NCBI RefSeq assembly: GCF_009914755.1
Contig: NC_060932.1
Strand: one strand, 5' to 3'
DNA from: the human T2T-CHM13v2.0 reference genome, Homo sapiens
Length of the DNA: 64,000 bases
The notes below the pieces were generated by a model. That model was not told where the DNA came from, did not search any database, and was given only the letters and a program-made list of their open reading frames with translations. Position 1 is the first letter of the stretch. Each line of letters opens with the position of its first letter. Below are positions 59,448 through 64,000 of the stretch, piece by piece. Made by a program: the position numbers and the translations under genes.

Positions 59448-60018
59448 TGAAATGGTTAATTTTATCTGTCAACTTGACTAGCCATGGGATACCCAGAATA
59501 AACATTATTTCCTGATGTGTCTTTGCGGGTGTTTCTGGCTAAGATTGACATTGGATTCTGTAAAGTAGATTGCCTTCCCTAATGTGAGCAGGCATCATCT
59601 GATCGATGGAGGGCCTGAAGAGAACAAAAGGCAGAGGAAGAAGGAGTTTGCCCTGTTTTGGTTTCCTGCCTGCCTGCTTGAGCTGGAACATCTCCAGACT
59701 GGGATTTACACACCGTTGGTTCCCTGGTTCTCAGGACTTTGGATGCAGACTTAATTATACCATGAGCTTTCCTGGGTCTCTGGCTTACAGAAAGGCTGGT
59801 CATGGGACTTACTATCCATAATCGTGTGAGTCAATTCCTTACAATTAATCAATCCCTCTCTCTTTTTCATTGTGTCTTTGAGAGTGTTTGTGGATGAGAC
59901 TAGCTCTCTGTATCTATCTATATACAGGACCAGAAGGAGATATCTGGAGATATCTCTATGTCTATCTATATATAGAGATATCTCCTTCTTGTTCTGTTTC
60001 TCTGGAAAACTTTGTATA
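59448..60018 (+). mobile_element. MLT2 5' LTR of an ERV-L provirus
   Basis: atggttaattttatctgtcaacttgact to gttctgtttctctgga, followed by the ERVL internal start gattttggcac. Confidence 0.85.
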
Positions 60019-60459
60019 GATTTTGGCACTGAGAGTGCTTCTAGAGGAGCAGAATTTTAAGGATGAATTTTCTGAACTGGTTCTGGGGTTTCTAGAATTG
60101 GCTCTCTAATCTGATTAGATTTAAAGGCACTAATGACTGTATTTCCAGTAGTAAAAAGAGTGCTAATAGTCCATAACGTGAGCTGTTTGTAGAGATACAC
60201 AGAATACTGTGTTGGATACTCCTAATCAACCAACTATAGAATCAATGAGCTCAGTAATGTTATATATGATACCTTTTGTTTGTTTGTTTGTTTGTTTTCT
60301 GAGGTAGAGTCTTACTCTGTCACCCCAGCTGGAGTGCAGTAGCACAATCATGGCTCACTGCAGCCTTGACTGCTTAGGCTCAAGTGATCCTCCCACATCA
60401 GCTTCCTGAGTAGCTGGGACTACAGGTATGTGCCACTTTGCCCAGCTTTTTTTTTTTAG

Positions 60460-60606
<147 letters not shown>

Positions 60607-60724
60607 TGAATGAATATAATGATGCTGGTTGGAACCCTAATGTCATGCTGGTGGAAGGAAAGGATGAGGTCAGGGATTCACATTCCTAGTTCATGCACCA
60701 CAAAAATGACCTAGGAACTTTTAT

Positions 60725-61066
60725 GTGTGCCCTGAGGGAGACCTTTATTTACTGTACAGAAGGGCGGAAATTGCTGAAAGTCAAATGCAGAACCTCATCC
60801 TGCAAGTGGCTGAATTACAACGCAAGTTGAACTCACAGCTTTGCAGGCTATGTGCAGTTAAAGTGAGAGCATTAATTGGGAAAGAATGGGATCTTGCAAG
60901 TTGGGATGGGGATGTTTGGGAAAACTTTGATAAAGCTGAGGACATTGAGCCCCTAAATTCTGATGTCTCCTTTATCAGTGAAGGAGCACTCCCACCTTTG
61001 CTTCCCAACAACCCCAGCAACAGTGGCATTCCCAACCCTCAGTGGTATTGGTCTTTCCACCTCTGA
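60725..61066 (+). pseudogene. ERV-L gag remnant (open stretch of 113 codons)
   Basis: QVAELQRKLNSQ...VKVRALIGKEWDLASWDGDVWE is characteristic of ERV-L Gag; the frame is broken up- and downstream. Confidence 0.8.
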
Positions 61067-61337
61067 GAGGATGAAGCCTGCATTGCCTGAGGAAATAGTA
61101 ATGGCCTCCCCTGAGGCAGGTGCTGAGCAACACAATGTTGAACTCCTCAGGACCCACCCCACCACTCCTCTTTGTTAGACTTCAGTCCAGCAGCCCCTGA
61201 AGATGAGGTACACTGTGTGACTGGCCCATAAGAGGTGTGCTGCACTCCACTGAACTACTTGACTTTTTAAATTTCTACAGACAGAAATTCAGGGAATGTG
61301 TATGGGAATGGATACTATGAGTGTGGGATAATGGTGG

Positions 61338-61833
61338 TGAGGAGAGCAAAGATCACCTGGGAGAGGCACCAAACAGTCCATCCAGAGGCCAAACTCCTCA
61401 GCTGAGGGATTTAGAAATAAGAGATTCCCTATGATCTAAAGCAGGCATCTGGTATGGGCTGCTTTCTCCAAAATGTATAAATAACTAGAATTTCTATACA
61501 TCTCCAGAATGCATGCATGTCGAAACTCATCGTGCAACACTTGCTGACATCAAGGCACCAAAATGTCTACAAATGTAATCATGTATCATGACCTCTGTGG
61601 TCAGTATAGTCCAATTACCGTTAAGCTCCCTCTTTAAGATTCATAAATACCCCTAAGGAAAAGTCCACTGCAGCACGCTCGGTCCTCTCTTGCAGTAGTG
61701 CCCAGCTACACTCTTCTATCTAATAAAACTGTCTTTTTCTAACCTATACTGTTGTCAGTAAATTCTTCTTACTACCCTACTACCCATGAGCTGACCACTT
61801 TCTGATGCTGGGGCTCTGACACTTCACCCAGTA
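61338..61833 (+). mobile_element. Solo LTR (ERVL class, possibly LTR47-like) nested in ERV-L gag
   Basis: Starts TG; internal AATAAA; 5-bp TSD GGTGG (61333-61337, 61834-61838); removing it rejoins the ERVL sequence. Confidence 0.8.
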
Positions 61834-61887
61834 GGTGGAAGGAACATAAAGTTGGATGGGGCTGAATGTTTTGACATGGGCTCACTA

Positions 61888-62367
<480 letters not shown>

Positions 62368-62679
62368 TCAAAGACTTAAGGGACTGGCAGTTACAGTGCA
62401 ATTGTCATTTGAGGCCTACTCACCCACCCTGGGAGGGTCTAGAAGGCATACATTTCATCAAGAATGTGAGAAATAAATATATGAGGGGTGCCCTGGCATC
62501 CTTGAAGAGCTCTGTGATTGCTCTTGTCTATAGGCCAGACCTTGTGGTGTGCACTTCAGTCAGTGAACTGGGAAGCATAAAGGCAGTGGGTGTAGCTGGA
62601 TCCCAGGGTGGCAGGCGCCAAGGGGGTGGCAAAGCTGTCACACAACCCAGATTATTGACATTGATGCAGAGTGGGTTTA

Positions 62680-63420
62680 GGAGATACTAAGTTGGTTTTA
62701 GACATAGTTTAGAGAACTGTGCAACATTTTGGTAAACAAGTCCAGAAAGCAACTGGACATTCTTAGGGCTCAGAGAAAGAGGTCTGGGATAGAGACATAA
62801 ATTTGAGAATCACTGGTATAAACCTATGTTAAAACACACAAATAACCAAATCAACCTTTGGTGGATGAGATCACGTAGGGAAATGATTGAGTGCAATGAA
62901 GCCAAGGCCCAGGACAGAGCCCTGGGGAAGGTGCACACCTTAAAGGGACAGAGGAAGATCGCCCAAAGTGGTGACCAGAGACAGGAAGTAGAGGCAGTGC
63001 TTCTCAGACCCCCGTGTGCCTAAGCATCACCTGGAGAGTGTGTTGAAACAGATTCTTGGACCCCACCCACAGAGATTCGGATTCAGTAGGTCTGGGTGAG
63101 CGTGAGAACTGCATTTCAAATCTGGCTTCCCTGGGATGCTGGTGCTGCTGGTCTGCAGACCATGCTTTGGGTAGCACTGGAATAGGCTCGTCTCTTGGCT
63201 ACAAAGAGAAGGGAAGAGAGTGAGCATTTGAGGGTAGCTGGAAGTTTCTGAGGATGTAAGAAACTTGTACATGTTTATAGGTCGAGGTGAAGGAGGCAGT
63301 AGAGACAGGGAGAAGTTGAACATCCTGGAGAGAAAAGGGATAATTAATGAAGGAAATGCATGGAAGGGATTAGAGGAAAAAGAAAATGAAAGCACCAGAG
63401 ATGTGCATGGTAAAAATATC
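62680..63420 (-). mobile_element. L2 fragment containing MER5A
   Basis: gggctcagagaaagaggtctgggatagagacataaatttgagaatc L2 motif. Confidence 0.65.
62995..63179. mobile_element. MER5A hAT-Charlie DNA transposon
   Basis: Terminal CAGTG and CACTG; gattcagtaggtctggg, gatgctggtgctgctggtc. Confidence 0.85.
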
Positions 63421-64000
63421 AAAGAGCTATGGTGCCTGCTTTTAGAAAACTAAAGCCGCTTTGAGGAAGATGATTTCTTGTCACTTCCCGTCCTTTTATT
63501 ATTTTTTTAAAAATCTAACTCCTTGGAGCCGCTATTTACTTGTACCTTTCTGACTCCCCCACTGTGCCTAGGAGCCTTTGTCTCTCTGCCAAAATACTCC
63601 CAGGGCTGTAACTTCCGAGTACAGAGACCTAAAGGGATGACTCGCTACAGATGACTGAACAGTAATGAATAGATTTTCGACAACACAAGGCATTTCAAGG
63701 ATAAAGGAAAATTTCAAAAAACGTATGATCATTATTGCAAAATTGTGTTTCTACCACTTCTTGCTAGAATTGCTGTCAAGCTGTTTGACAGCTCCCCTGG
63801 GACATCACTCTCTGGCATTGCAATCATTGTGAAGCACAAAGACACAGCTCGCTCTCCTCTGTTCACTAAAGCTGCTTCTGTATAGCCTCAGAGCCCTCTG
63901 ACAAACTAGAAAAGCATCAAAAATCACTCTGTTCTGTTACGAAAAAAAAACACAACCACCCCAATAATAGCTGTGAGCAGCTATCTGCCTGTGTGCTGCA

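Overview
This is primate genomic DNA, most likely human or another ape: AluY elements, an AluYe5/Yf5-like copy and an L1PA4-like 3' end are present. I can support no protein-coding exon; nearly all track ORFs are Alu-, L1-, LTR- or GC-derived. The main functional feature is a CpG-island promoter at about 8.3-9.6 kb, with a CRE, an inverted CCAAT, a ZNF143 site, many GC boxes and several + strand splice donors. It probably starts a gene with a non-coding first exon and a first intron running beyond the window. I cannot name the gene. The rest is repeat-dense: about 70 Alu copies by manual count, old L1M, L2 and MIR, MaLR/MLT2/ERVL LTRs, a decayed ERV-L provirus with a gag remnant, and DNA transposons. 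The most unusual structures are: (1) a nested three-hairpin insert at 24.37-24.51 kb that shares 39 nt with a MIR 2.2 kb away; (2) a pre-miRNA-like stem-loop at 27.44-27.50 kb; (3) head-to-head Alus joined by a perfect 18-bp palindrome at 28.3 kb; (4) several other fold-back or template-switch scars; (5) a reused retrotransposon target site at 53.9-54.8 kb. Repeat subfamily names are from memory of consensus sequences and element boundaries are approximate. I see no clear evidence of a new multi-gene system.
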